In this document: piece by piece, positions 1 through 63,315 of the stretch | Position numbering within the stretch: position 1 is the stretch's first letter | Layout of the letters: each line of letters begins with the position of its first letter | Origin: Priapulus caudatus | Lineage: Eukaryota | DNA length: 64,000 nt | NCBI RefSeq assembly: GCF_000485595.1 | Contig: NW_014577081.1 | Location: 54,721-118,720 of the forward strand | Direction: 5' to 3' | Program-made: the position numbers and the translations under genes | Notes under the pieces: model-generated | Told to the model about the DNA's origin: nothing | Databases searched by the model: none | What the model saw: only the letters and a program-made list of their open reading frames with translations

Positions 1-149
1 AACTTACATAACTATCTCAACGTACATTCTTTTGAGAAGGTTCCTGATACCACCCCTGTGCACTCCACTGTTTCGGCGTGTATGTGAACACATTTGGGAC
101 TAACAGGGTTTACTAGAATCCCACCACTCCACCACAGAGTCACCGCAGT

Positions 150-432
150 AGACGTTAGATGAGCGCTGTCGCTCTGCGGCACTTGTTCTTCATTGATGGC
201 GATCAAGCGCAAGTTTCCCAGGTGCTAGGGTCGATGTTACACTTTTGTAGGTTGCGTTTGAGTACATCCTTGTAGCACTTTCTTTCTCCTCCTCTCGTGC
301 GTTCACCTTGTCGCAACTGGGAATATAGGACTTGCTTAGGAAGTTTGTGGCTAGGCATTCGGGTAACATGGCCAGCCCAGCGGAGTTGGTGATGTATTAA
401 CAGTGCTTCGATGCTAGTTGTCTTGGCTTGTC
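150..432 (-). mobile_element. Degenerate RTE-like non-LTR retrotransposon fragment (post-RT region)
   Basis: Translates to TTSIEALLIHHQLRWAGHVTRMPSHKLPKQVLYSQLRQGERTRGGERKCYKDVLKRNL...WET, then frameshift/stop; LRWAGHxxRM is typical of RTE-clade ORFs. Confidence 0.8.
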
Positions 433-723
433 AGATCTAACGGTATGCTCTTGTTTACAGAAATTCTGGGCGACATGACATATAACCATAACACAACAAA
501 AATACATATAACGTGTGGGCGCAATTGGAATAGCAAGGACAAACAGCTAATTGCAGGAAGGGTTGGGTACGAGGGAATACTTTTTTCATGGTTTCCATAA
601 GTCAACCCAAGTACTGTATAATTTCTAATTTCCCCACTATAATGTGTGTAGGTCTCCCGGAGGGTACTGCAGGCCTGTAAATAATAAAATTGTCAAAATA
701 TAAAACGTGCTATAGAAAAGGTA

Positions 724-729
724 TTTATT
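724..729 (-). terminator. Candidate MAGI polyadenylation signal (AATAAA), implying a ~1.8 kb 3' UTR
   Basis: TTTATT on the plus strand at the end of an AT-rich tract downstream of the stop, followed on the minus strand by T-rich sequence. Confidence 0.45.
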
Positions 730-2497
730 GTTTCAACATCTTAAAAGGCAATATATGAGTGAAAAATATACCAAGACTATCATCTATATTCAACATAGCA
801 CTGCCATTTCATGATAGATACATGTACATAATTATTAATTACACTTGACAATTAGCATGATTTGCAAACTGCTATTTGCATATTGTAACTGAAAATACTT
901 AATAAAGTAGAATATTTACTTTACAATCACAACTTTACACGCAAAAGTATATAATTCATGCCGAAAGTTTTCTGAATCTTGTTTCTTCTGTTATTTGTCT
1001 GTGATAAAGGAGGTGGCTACAAGATATAACGGGATATTTACAGTTTAAAATCACAGTTATATATTATTGGATGACACAACCATGAACCTGTGTTTAGTTA
1101 CTGACCAATTTTTAAAGCTGTCAGTTATTAACTGCCTAAATTCTATATTCATAATATACACTCAAAATATCAAATCGTCTACGGCGGGATGCACGAGTTG
1201 AATCATGCCATTAAAATGATGCACGGTAAACGGTTGCTTCAATTGGAATGTTTTAAAACGCAACACAACTTCACAGTTACATTGTAATTAAAAGGCAAAT
1301 TTATTTCTCCCTAGCATCGTATTTTTACGTCTGCTTTGATGTCGCCGATCACTTACCGTTATACTTCACAAAGGGAATAACAACGCACATAACTTGCAGT
1401 CTTACGATTGGAATGCTGTGCCAATTCTTGTTAACGTAACATTGAATCACCTTAATTATCTGCCACTCGGAAAACACACACAGGAGGATAACAAGCAATA
1501 TTCCACGATTGCTGCAGTGAACGCTTGAGCAGAATTAAAAGCCATGTGCAGACATTGCATAGCATCCACATTCGATTATGCCACAACTCAGATTTAAAAA
1601 AAATCGACATGGGGAATAATAATTAGCTGCCGAGCTACACTAAAAAACGACCATAAACGACTATACACACAGATTACAGTTAAACAATGATTATTAATTA
1701 AAAGTTGATATGCAGTCATTAAAAATATACATTTTTCTCTTTCACTCCAGTTAATTTCACACGTATTTACAAGGGGAATGTTTAGTCACAACCTTTAGAT
1801 TTACTGTAAAAACAAGAATAGAATTAGCACTAGCTGGACTTCTGGCTTCAGATATACATTAAACAATTGCACAGTACTATTGGAACTGACTGGAACTTCC
1901 CAAAAACTAGCACACAGCTCTTCTGACTTGAACGTAACATCAAATTTTAGCTGTAATTTATTAATGAAATGCTTTACAGGATGACACTGCATAGAGTTCT
2001 AGTTTTTCCTAAAGGAACGAGATGGTCTTTACATGACTCAGTCAGTGAAGTCACCCTCAGATTCTAAACCAATCAACTACACACACATATCCACGACCAC
2101 TGCCGGGGTAAAACAAACAGAAACGATCACTTGCAACACGATGCCTCAGAGATCAGGTCCGCCGTGGATGCAGGCGTATGCTTCCCAACAGGCGCTGCAC
2201 AACGCCACTCCCCAACAGAGGTGAACATCTTCGCACCACATCGCCGCTACTATACATGATCTATATCTTAGAAATGGATAGTGCACTATGGGAATTATGT
2301 GACGTCACTTGGCCAACATATTGATTGGCACAAAGGTAGAGATCTAAGCAGAGGAAGTTGGACACTGTTTAATTAAACGCACTTCATTAAATTAATACGC
2401 TTAAAACAGATTCCTGCTCGCCAATATGACGGCCTGGTGGTCTCATCTTTAGCTTTGCAGTGATGGGACAATGATGTTATTGTACACAGACTCCTGG

Positions 2498-52292
<49,795 letters not shown>

Positions 52293-52759
52293 CACATTTG
52301 ACGTTCATTCTGCAATTAATAATGTCAACATATTATACTCATCCATTAATGTATTGTACACTAGTGTGAATCACAACACACCACCAGTTTTTTCCTGTCT
52401 ATAATTAACCAACTGCTATGACTTGTAGTTCTGCACAACCTTTTGCTCATTCACTCACACTCATCAGGGACCCGAGACTGATTACACGTCATTGGCCTCA
52501 ACCAATGGCTGATGCGCACACATTAAAAATATGAGCGATGAGTTTTTGATTCGTAACACAAATTGGACATTCTAATGTCATGGTCATTTTTGACAGGGAG
52601 GGTCCATACTTTGTCGTGCAAGTTTATCTACGATCACTGAGAGCTGCAGTTTGCTGCATAGTTTTCCCTCACTTTGCAATCAAGAGTGAACCTAATGTGT
52701 TTGTAAGTAGTAAGTTGTTTTAACGTAAACCTTGATTAGTAAATATTATTCAATTTATT

Positions 52760-53400
52760 GTCTCATCATTAACATGGGTTTTCCACTATTACCCAGTTAA
52801 TCAATGTTCTTCATGGCAGGACACAAAATCTTGATTGCTAAGTCTCAATAGATTGATGCAGTGTTTCTAGACTTTGGCAAGGCCTTTGATAAGGTCTCTC
52901 ATAACCTTTGCATTTTCAAACCTGATCATCTGGGATTGGATGCTTATTCCTTACTGGATTTCTGCCTTCATAAAGATTAGAACACAAATTGTCTATGTTA
53001 ACCGCAATACATCTCAGGGGTAGAAATTAACTTTAGAACAAGGGAGTCCAACGGACTCCCTGCCCTCAAAAAGAAGGAGTCCGCAGGAAAATGAGGGAGT
53101 TCGTAGTCTGCAGGGAGGCCATGCTCTGGAACGAACTAGTTACTATAGCAGAATTTTCAGGGAGTCACACGGACTCCTGCATATGTCAAATCAGGGAGTA
53201 TTTGACTCCGGACTCGCGTTAATTTCGCACCCTGCATCTGCTACGATTGCTATCTCATCGGGTGTACCCAATGGTGTGGTGCTTGGTCAATTGTTGTTTT
53301 CATACTTTATAGATTGTTATATGGCTGAAACATGATTTGATTCAAATCTCTACATCTGTTCACTGATTATGCAGTGAGTATACAATACAATGACTCTGTA
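52760..53400 (+). mobile_element. Degenerate CR1/L2-type reverse transcriptase fragment interrupted by a MITE
   Basis: IDAVFLDFGKAFDKVSH (~52850-52905) and SGVP.G.VLG.LLF (~53255-53300) RT motifs with stops and indels; boundaries approximate. Confidence 0.75.
53015..53234 (+). mobile_element. MITE family A copy with 5-bp TSD (CATCT)
   Basis: Both TIRs intact; inserted into the CR1-like RT fragment. Confidence 0.88.
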
Positions 53401-53815
53401 ATGAGGATGATTAATTAGCCCTGTAAAGTATCTTTAAACATCCAGATAATCACGCATGAACTTGAGCATGTGTCGTTCATTACTAAACTGTCAAATTCTT
53501 TGCATTTCCCTGAACCATCCTTGACTTTTATACTTATTTTACCATGAATATCTACCATTTACTACTACATACAACCATTTTGGTGTCATAATATAAGTAG
53601 TGATATCTGCTAGAATGCTTTTTTAGAAAGGGTATGCTACCTTTCAGTTTTTATCATTTCCAATTGAAAACCTTGGTACCTAGCTTTTAAAACCTTGCTC
53701 TGTAGATAATTGTGATTATTATACAGATTATCTACAGATAATTTTGTAGATAAGTGTAGTTAATTGTAAAAATTCAAATGTAAACTTTCTATTGCAATCC
53801 AGTGTTATTGTTAAT

Positions 53816-54391
53816 GAACGTGGATATTCGTCCGAGCATCGGACACCTGTTCGTATGCGCTATTCGTCCGAGCAGTTGTTGCGCATGCGCTGTTCATGTT
53901 GTATTACATAAATGTAATTTAATGCTAGTCTAGAGAGGCGCCTACTCCCTAATCCTAACCCCAGCCCTAACCCTAACCCTAACACTAAATATAAACCGAC
54001 TCGTTTCTCTTATTATACGCTCGGTTTCGTATATATATGCGAGTGATAGTACCAAACACTATCTATGGTGTATAACCACATACGCAACACATGTATGCAG
54101 GGGCGTCACAGCCGTAAGGCTGCCATAGCAAAACGCTACGGGCCCCCAGCCTAAAGGGCATACAATAATCAAAAATCTAAAGAGTAAATACTAAATAGCA
54201 TTTTAGAACATCTAAATTTAAAAATTGTCTGAGGGGAGACCTGCCAGACCCCCCCCCCCTTCACACTTCCTACCTACGGCACTCGTGCCGTGCGCCTGCG
54301 GCATGCAATATGAACAGCTCATGCGCAACAACTGCTCGGATGAATAGCGCATACGAACAGGTGTCCGATGCTCGGACGAATATCCACGTCG
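53816..54391. mobile_element. Mutator-like foldback element, ~80-bp TIRs, 9-bp TSD ATTGTTAAT, telomere-like core
   Basis: ACGTGGATATTCGTCCGAGCATCGGACACC... arms; core GCCTACTCCCTAATCCTAACC...CCCTAACCCTAACCCTAAC; probably carries a nested CAGGGGCG-ended insert from ~54098. Confidence 0.88.
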
Positions 54392-54956
54392 ATTGTTAAT
54401 CTATCAATTTGATCAACCTTAGCTCTCTTATTTGGTACAGTTCCTTGCATTTTATAGGATGTTCTTTATAAGGAGACGAGGTAGAATCGGTTACAATTTA
54501 CGATAGTACAGCAAAGTTCAAGAAACATAAAAAAGATAGTTAATAAGTTATGGCTTGATATTTATACTGTATCTTCTTATACACATTTAATTAGACAACA
54601 TACTCCCGAGGCAGTTGAATGGTACTGTAATAAAAGTAATACTATAATATACTTACACGTAACAGTTACTGAATAAATATTTTGGTGTTGCATTGCGGCG
54701 TTTATCCGTCTATTTGGTCACTTAGCATTTGTGTCAATATACAGTGTGAACGAGCGACTCGATTCACGATAACTCTATACTAATTATGATTCACAGCACA
54801 CATCACCAGGTTAATTTCAGATCAATGTCCTCCGTCTTCGATATAGTCCGTTGGACTTTGAAGCCTATTATTTACGATGTTAGACGTTTCACTTCTCAAA
54901 CAATGGCCATGAAGCAGCAAACTGCAAAACTAAACAACAAAAACACATTAGCTCAC

Positions 54957-55340
54957 TGACAATCCTTCATCAGTCATCAGGAAGTCGCTAAGACGCGTAC
55001 CTGCGCGTACAGACGTTTGCCGCCATCTACCGGTGAGCATAGAAAACTGTGCTTTTGTCTGTATTTCTCGATTACCGTCTACGAAAATGCGCGCAATCTT
55101 AGAAGTGTGCTATATAATAAGTGTGAGGAATAAATCTCCCATTATATACTCTTGATAATATATAGCATATATATTGCTTGTAAGATATGCATTGGTAAAT
55201 ACAAAAATTACATTTGCTAAATGGTGCTGCCATCTTCATAGCCGGTATTGGATGGTCAGTTGTTGTCGCAACCATTAATTTTCCAAACAAGTAAACCACA
55301 CTAGAACGTTTTCATAGTTTTACTTTTACTAGCAGGAGAA
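54957..55340. promoter_or_regulatory. Putative bidirectional promoter / first non-coding exon region shared by MAGI and UBE2N
   Basis: Minus-strand donor TCA|GTGAGC at 54956; local CpG cluster; YY1-like GCCGCCATCT (55019-55028) and GCTGCCATCTT (55226-55236); UBE2N ATG at 55341. Confidence 0.55.
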
Positions 55341-58300
55341 ATGTCTGTTGGATTACCGCGGCGAATAATCAAGGTAACTTGTATTAATTTTAGAGTCATG
55401 ACGGTGAGTGTCTAGCTGTAAACTAATTGGTACCGAGCTACTTGCCTGTCACTGGCCCTGCCACTGCCAGTGCCAGTGCCACTGCCAGCCCCAGTGGCAG
55501 TGTTACTGTTACAGCCAGTGCCAGTGGCGCACGAAGGGTCGTTGTCGTATAGGGTAGTACAAATATGTACCCGAGGTAACTATCTGATATGGTTATGGTT
55601 AGGGAGTAGGCGTAGGCGACATACTCGCTGACATCTCGGGTACTACATATATATATATAATATATAATATACGACAACGACCCCTTCAGCGCCAGTGGCA
55701 GTGTTACAGCCAGTGTGGTGTTCGGCTTGGATCACATTCAATGACAATGTATGGCCGTTTTGACTCTAGTGACTGTGGTAGAGACTGACTCGTGTTGTGC
55801 TAAACTAGGATTGGGCCGTTGATTATCGGGCGAATAGGTACAAATGGGCAGTTTGGGACCCCGCAAATGTGTTTTTGCATATCCATGACCATATCATAAT
55901 CCGGGGTACTAAACTAGACTTTGGCCATAAAACATTTATCAGGAACATGCATAGAATAACTGTAGTGTCATGTTATGTTCCATTGCAACAATCAATAGTA
56001 CAGCTAGCTCCAAGAAACGGTATCGCTAGGGTTAGGATACCGTTTCAAACCGTGGCTGCAGCTAAACACGTAGTTGCCTTATATTCCAAGTATCGCCAAA
56101 GAACACCACACATGTGATATACCAAATGAATCAGTAAACGTCCACCTTCTTGTAACCATCAGTGCGCTACGATGCGCTGGGTACTTACGGGGTTACAGCA
56201 ACTTTTTGAGACGAATGCAACCAAATTTATGAATTTGCCACCATGTTTGCTATCATTCCGACTGTGACTAAAATCCGCAATGGATCGAACAAAGGAAATT
56301 AAACGATCTGCGGTCGTCATGTAAACCACCCCTACATCCGAGAACATGTCATCTAAGGTTTTTTACAAATGGCCCACACATTTCTGAACATCGTTTCACT
56401 TGCTTTGGTGTGTAATTGCCTTGAGAGCCATCGTACTATTTCTGTAGTATTTTCTAGCGAGTCTATTCCGTTTCGGGTTTTCCGTGCCTTGCTAAACATG
56501 GCGGTTAAAGCTGATTTGAAAGTTGATATGCTGTGAGAATTAGCAGATTATACCGTGAATTAAGAGATACATTCTAGTTTAGAAGCAGGACAACTGTGAG
56601 TTAATGTTCATATTTTAAACAAGGCAAGTCAAAGGTGGTAATGGAATAGTTTTATTTGAGATATACAGAGTTATTCATCTCGATCTGCAGAGGTGATAGG
56701 TTTTTTGTATGGAAGGGTGTCAGGCTGTATAGACAATCCGTCGCACAGCCTGGTCGGGCTATAGTACAGCCTGTACTTTACCATGGCCTACTAACTATGT
56801 ACTACAGCCATGGCCCATGTACAGTGTACTGACTGAGTGACTCAGATTAGGGCCTGGGTGGAAGTGAATCGGACTGCATGAATCAGTGTAACATTTTTGA
56901 TATAATTATTAGTAAATTACGCCCTGACATTGTTGCATATCTATTTTTTTTAAATTGGTGACAACTACAGGTAGGTGTAGTATCAAATGTCTGTGGTGTA
57001 ATTTTTTGCATCGCTGCAATAATTATTGTGCGTAATCACAAGCCTCCATGGTCCAAATACGAAGTTTTCCGAAAGATGCACGAAATTGGTGCTGATTTAT
57101 TTCTTAATTTTGTGCTCAATAGGAAACACAAAGATTGCTTGCAGAACCAGTACCTGGAATCAGTGCAACACCAGATGAATCAAATGCCAGATATTTCCAT
57201 GTAGTCGTGGCAGGACCAGCGGAAGTATGTCACAAAGGAATATTAGTAACTTCTATAAGGTTAAATTACAGGTTTTTTTAATGCAAATATGGATGTTGAA
57301 TCTATCAAATCGTTCACTTTCATTAACTGTTTTAAAGTTATTATTTCTCTTATTTAACTGACCGTTCCGATACTTACTGTTATTGCTTATATAGAGTGAG
57401 GATAGCATGTTTTAGGACACTTACACGTTATTATATCTACCAATATAGTCAATAATTGCAATTTCAAGTAAACTTTGTATTTATTGTTGTCTGTTTTTGT
57501 GTGTATTTGAATGTCACATGATTCTCGCATGTTGGGAGATTGTAATGAAGAACACCTTGTAGGCTTGTACCCTATTTGCATACTTTGTTTTACACCTGTT
57601 GGTCCCCGATTTATTGGATCAGGTCGGGTACCATGAAAATGTTCCAATTAAGCGGTGAACACATTTCCTCATGCATGCTTACTTGTACTGTATGTAATTA
57701 TCTGTGCACAAAATGTTTTGTGAGCTGCAAAAACATCCTATGTCCTGATGAGAATATTATGCATAAGAATTGTCTTTCAAACACACATAATTTTAGCAAT
57801 GCACTTGTTTTCCGATACCTGATAAATCAGGGACGACTAGCATCTTTGTTACTCTCGTATATGTGTTATACAACGTACCGCTCTTTAAAAGTTTTCATTG
57901 TAAAATCCGATGCAGTTTTGTCAAAATTAAAGTGAGCTTGTGCCTGTGTCAGTGTTTACAAGTGAATTGTCTGTACAAACAAAAACGTGGGTGCATTGTT
58001 ATCTTTAAATTCAATTTTACGTACTATTAACGTACTATATTAAGTTATTAACTTACAATTATTAACGTACTATATTAAGTTATTAACGTATTAACGTTAA
58101 TAATTAATTATTATTTTTACTATATTAACGTACAATTATTACGTAATAACAGCATACATTTTTAGTAATCTCCAAGTTGGTGTAACTAATCATCTACTGA
58201 TATTTTTAGATGTGTTTGAGAAATAATAGGTCATGAATCAAACTCTATACTGACTATATTCGGTTTTCCCTACAGTATTATTCTTAATCTCACTGTTACT

Positions 58301-59562
58301 AATATCGCCTTTCTATTTAAGTCCCCATTCGAAGGAGGTGTCTTCAAACTGGAGCTCTTCTTACCTGAAGAATATCCGATGTCTGCTCCTAAAGTTAGAT
58401 TCATGACAAAAATTTACCATCCAAATATTGACAAACTTGGCAGAATTTGTCTAGATATATTAAAAGGTTGGTTCTTAATTTGGAAATTTTTGCATGTATA
58501 CAATGCGATAGTAGTTCCAACGTGCATCTTACTAGATCATTGTGAAGTACCTGTAATTGATTCTTCTCATTCATTTATTTACTCATTTATTCATTCTCTC
58601 ATCCATTCATTCATCCAAGTATTATTTCTAATTTATTGTAAAATTTATCATAATTCAAAGTTTATTAAGACAAAGCAACATTATGGATCCATGCGAGTCT
58701 AAAAAATTATATGATATGCCACGCTGCGGAATTAAGAATAAACAACATAATTCGAACAATTCCAACGAAAATTTTGTGCAATTGTGGATTTGTGTACACT
58801 TTTATCATGTTTTGTCTCTGTTTAAGATAAGTGGTCGCCTGCACTACAAATTCGAACAGTTCTGCTGTCCATCCAGGCACTGCTGAGTGCACCTAACCCC
58901 GACGATCCTCTAGCTAATGATGTTGCGGAACAGTGGAAGATAGATGAGGCCCAAGCCATCAGAACAGGTCAGAACATCGTTTTAGCGAATGTGTAATTCT
59001 TATTCCTGTAGGAATGATTTTTTCTCTTTTAGTAGCCACTGCTGAATGCTGTAATACCCAGAATTATTGTGACGTTAAACTGAGACCCTAAAATACTACT
59101 CCATGCAGCTCTGTGAAAGTAGGCCTCTCGTATTTCGTATTGGATATAGTGTTTCCCCTGGCCAAAAAGATCTGTGAGGTGGTAATTTTGTTTTTGGTGT
59201 GTTTGCACGTTTTGAGGTCCTAGCAAAGCAAGCACCATGGGTGCTCGCCCAGCTAGGGGGGGTCTGAAGGCGGAAGAACAGTTATTTTCGTCAGTTAGGC
59301 GGTGTTTTGGAGAAATTTCTGTGTGGCGGCTGAGAATTTGAGCAAGGCGGCCCACCTCGCTTGTGTCAATGCAGGGGAAACACTGGATATATATTTAGTA
59401 AACATGCTCTTCTCTTCTCTAAAACGAACAGTTAATCCACGGCACAGCATTCTGCTCATTTTTGTTCTATATATAAATTCGACCTTGGGTTACCTACAAT
59501 TGTTTTCTTTACTTCTTTCAGCGAGAGAATGGACGAGAATTTATGCGATGGGGGGAAACTGA
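55341..59562 (+). CDS. UBE2N: Ubiquitin-conjugating enzyme E2 N (Ubc13/bendless), 153 aa
   Basis: Exons 55341-55373, 57123-57224, 58322-58466, 58827-58967, 59522-59562 total 462 nt. Protein [38 protein letters not shown]...[55 protein letters not shown]...[13 protein letters not shown] has the HPN motif and catalytic Cys intact. Confidence 0.98.
55529..55690. mobile_element. Mutator-like MITE in UBE2N intron 1, 9-bp TSD GCCAGTGGC, telomere-like core (reverse)
   Basis: TIR GAAGGGTCGTTGTCGTATA / TATACGACAACGACCCCTTC; core GGTTATGGTTAGGGAGTAGGCGTAGGCGAC. Confidence 0.82.
59147..59385. mobile_element. hAT-like MITE in UBE2N intron 4
   Basis: TIR (t)AGTGTTTCCCCTG / CAGGGGAAACACTG. Confidence 0.7.
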
Positions 59563-59873
59563 TACAACGTCAGCCATCATTACGCACAATCGTTCCCAAT
59601 TTGTCACCGTGAATGAGAGGTTTTAAATGTCCTTCAAACTGCAAGCGCTTGCCTCTGAAGGACGTTGGTGATCCATTTAGACGGGCCCGATTTGACAGAC
59701 TCAACCGATAAACTGTAACTGTGGTCAACGTTGATGGTTATTGTATTAATTTTCACTCTGTCAGCGCTGTTCAACAGGGTTTGTTTCTGGCATACATGGA
59801 TGCTCTGTGGCTGACGTGTGTTGAAAGGAGTTTATACTACTGGCGTGGATGAAAATCTCGCAACACTATAAAT

Positions 59874-60174
59874 AATAAACTCACGCTATTGGATTGTTGA
59901 GGTGCACAAATGCCAAAAACCTCCTTGGCTATAGGCCTATGTATTTAGGGGAGGCCATACAGTTCAGGTTTTATCACCGGCTGTGTGGAACTACAAAATT
60001 GCTGTTGTTTGCAGAGAAGCTCAATTTGAAATGTGCAGAAAATTTTTCTTTCGGCATAACAACTGGTACCATAACATGTGTTTCCGTCATTGATATGCGT
60101 ATTGAATGTTGTTATAGCCAGCACGTTTGTTAGAGGCTTAGCCTGATTATGAATATCATAATAACTTAAATAAA
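59874..60174 (+). terminator. Candidate UBE2N polyadenylation signals
   Basis: AATAAA at 59874-59879 and 60169-60174 (further copies near 61321, 61620, 61804); which is used cannot be told from sequence. Confidence 0.4.
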
Positions 60175-60877
60175 CATGTTCGTGGTTAGTTCATCCAGAT
60201 TCTGAATTTCTTTTAATTTGAGGAAAATCTGCAGTACTCTGTTGCATTGACGTCTAAGTGTCATGGCAGCAGTACTTTCCTATTTCCTTATACTTTTCTA
60301 CAAGTTTGTCTTCTAACATATACTTTATACTGCAAATGAGTAGTGCAGTAGTCTTGCCACCCCAACTAGTTCTATAGGAAGCCTTTATGTGCAAGTACTG
60401 TCTCTCATGATTTCTGTAGAATGTATGTCATTACATTATTAGTGCGTTTCCTGCGTTGCCTGTTAAGCAAGTTTCCTCTAATATTACATTTGTATTCTTT
60501 TGATTGGTACCAACAGGCAGTGGGAAGGATGTGGTAGTTGATGCCAATGCTATGCCAAGATGCATTTTTATTGACAGTGACGTTTTGAGTTGGTCAGTGC
60601 ATTCTAATTGTGTCTATCTGCTGATTTTAGCATCTAAGGTGAACTTTTGATATCCGTTACATCACGATCACTCTGCGTGGCTAACCAAGATATGTACTGC
60701 AAGTAGTACTTAAAATTGATCATGGGCAGGCTCTGTATTTGCTCGGTAATTGTAAGAAAAATCACATCAGTATGTTTATGGAATTTGGTTATTTTCTGAC
60801 CACCTAGCTCCACCGCACGGCTTATATGTTGTTTGCCTAGAGATTGCCATACGTCTGACATCTGACCTAAAGCCTAA

Positions 60878-61295
60878 AGCCTGGCGCACATTGCCGAACA
60901 TTTTCCCGAACAAATGTTCGTCCGAACAAATGTTTTTGTCTGGCAATGTGCGCGTGAACAATTGCTGAGCGCACATTGCCGAACATTTTGCAGCAAACAA
61001 CCTCGTGGCGCCGTCTAGTAGCTGTGTTGTAAAGAGTCACGTGATCGGCGTGTGGCCAATCGACGTGATAGGCATTTACAAATGTTCCTAGAATTGTTCG
61101 ACATTCAGCGCACATTGACGAACATTCGACGAACTATGTTCGAGATATCAAACATTTCCGATCTTCCGAGAATATCGGAAACATTGTTCGGAACAAATGT
61201 TCGGCGACTTTTTTCACCGCACATTGCCGAACATTTTATGGAACATTGCTACGATAATGTTTTTGAGCAAAATGTTTGGCAATGTGCGCCGGGCT
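60878..61295. mobile_element. Tourist/Harbinger-like MITE
   Basis: TIR AGCCTGGCGCACATTGCCGAACATTTT / AAAATGTTTGGCAATGTGCGCCGGGCT; TAA/TTA flanks; internal GCACATTGCCGAACA repeats. Confidence 0.85.
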
Positions 61296-62352
61296 TTAGA
61301 TTCTCTGCAGACTTTATTGCAATAAAGAGAAATTTGTGTCTATCGATCTGATTAGCCATGTCGTGAATCTGATATGGCTGATGAAATCTAATTTTCAAAT
61401 TCTTGCATGGTCAATATTCTCGGAAGATGCTTGTATCTATACTGTCTTAACAGGGATCAGTGCGTTGACATCTTGAGTGTATAATTACCTTACTGTACTT
61501 AAGGTTAATTCTACCCGTATATTTCTTGAGAATGATGTATATATATATATTATATGGCCAATTGTATGTGCACTAATGTGTGGTAGAGAGGGCACATCTT
61601 AATGGTTATTCGAAATGTGAATAAAGAGTATGAAAAGCGAACTTATATGGATATTATATCTAATTTTGAAAGAAAATCGGGGACATTGTAGTTATTGAAG
61701 AATGTGTAAGTTTACAGGTGCAAATTTACTGTTTCGTGTAGAAGTACAGTACAACGCCAGGCAGCTCAACTTGTTCTACTCTTACCAACAACCAGCATGT
61801 ATGAATAAAGTTCCTATCTATGCTATAATATCTATTTTGGTATTAATCGGTGTTCTTCATCATGAGTGTGTCACAGAACATTAGTCCTGTATATTTGTAC
61901 AGTTTCCTCTATTAGCGTACGTGCGTAAATATCTTAGAATATTTTCATGTACCCATGAACATCGGCACTTGCAATGGAAGCATAATGCGCGAGGAAGGTA
62001 TAGAGTAGGCCAGCAAAATTACCTTGGCCATGGTTGCATCATGTCAGACCTTCGTGCCATTGAAGAATCTCGGAGAGCTTTCATCTACTAAGAGGCAATA
62101 GGCCCAAGGATCACTCTATTCCATCTTCAGAACTAACACCAAAATGATACCGTTAAACATAATACAGTGTAATATATGTTGCAACAAATAACGAGGGTAA
62201 AGAAACAAAAGACGTCTTCTACTACAGAAAGCAAAACGTACTAGACGAGCAAAAATAGAAATAAACAACTATACTGATGAACAAAACGAACTCATGTCTA
62301 CACGGCCGTTGAAACAGTACCAGCGAATGGAAGATCGAGTTACAGAGCATCC

Positions 62353-62522
62353 CAGTGGCGGATCCACAAGTGAATTTTAGGTGCGGGTGGGGGGCGAATC
62401 ATGCGAGCTCAATGGCACGAAGCGCCCGAGGGGGGAGGGTGTTAGGCTAAAATACCCTTGCCCTGAAAATTTCAGCGGGTACGACCGCCCCCTGTGCCCC
62501 CCCCCCCCTGGATCCGCCACTG
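62353..62522. mobile_element. hAT-like MITE with 5-bp TSD (CATCC)
   Basis: TIR CAGTGGCGGATCCA / TGGATCCGCCACTG; a related end GGATCCGCCCCTG lies at ~17128-17140. Confidence 0.8.
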
Positions 62523-63315
62523 CATCCTAAAACAACAACCGAACCTAGGCGGAGATAGCAACGGCAGAGAACCCCCCCACCCCCACTCAATAACAGTAGC
62601 GATGCTTGCATGCTATAGGATTCTTGCTAAATCCTGCGAATCCTGCTAAGGAAGGTGATCTCTGGCCTGGCCATGCCTTACGTATGTATACTTTAGGGGA
62701 AGAGGGCGTCCGCTCCGTGATCCTACTCTTTCCCAATCAGGTTGGGGCATATGCAGCTCCGTGTAGCTGGGCTGAAGTGGACGGATAGGGTGCCCGCCGC
62801 ACACAAACACTCAGTCGGTAGTGGGATTATACATTGTATCTATTTACATGTAAATGAATGTGCTCAAAATGGTGCTCAAAACCGTCTGTCTGTCTGTTTG
62901 TGTGTCTACCTATCTATCCATATCTATCCGTCCGTCCGTCCGTCCGTCCGTCCGTCCGTCCGTCCATCTATTCAGGGGCGCAAATTCAGTTTAAAAAGTG
63001 GGGGGACACGTGGTTCAATAGTGTGCGAGGGAGCGAAGCGACCGAAGTGGGAGGGCGTCTCCCCCTCCCACGAACAACGTCAACAATCGACGTTGAAACG
63101 ACGTTGAAAAATGTCTGGATTTGCAATTTTATTCAACGATACTATCTAAATATTATATTTTATCGACGGGTTACTAAGGGGAAGTGACGTCACTCCGCCC
63201 CACCTATACGGTCGCGGTTCCTATATTCAGTTTAGGCTATTATATATATATATATCTTGATATATATCAATCAGGAGACTTTTTTTATACTTCCTATTAG
63301 TTTTCACTTAGGTAT

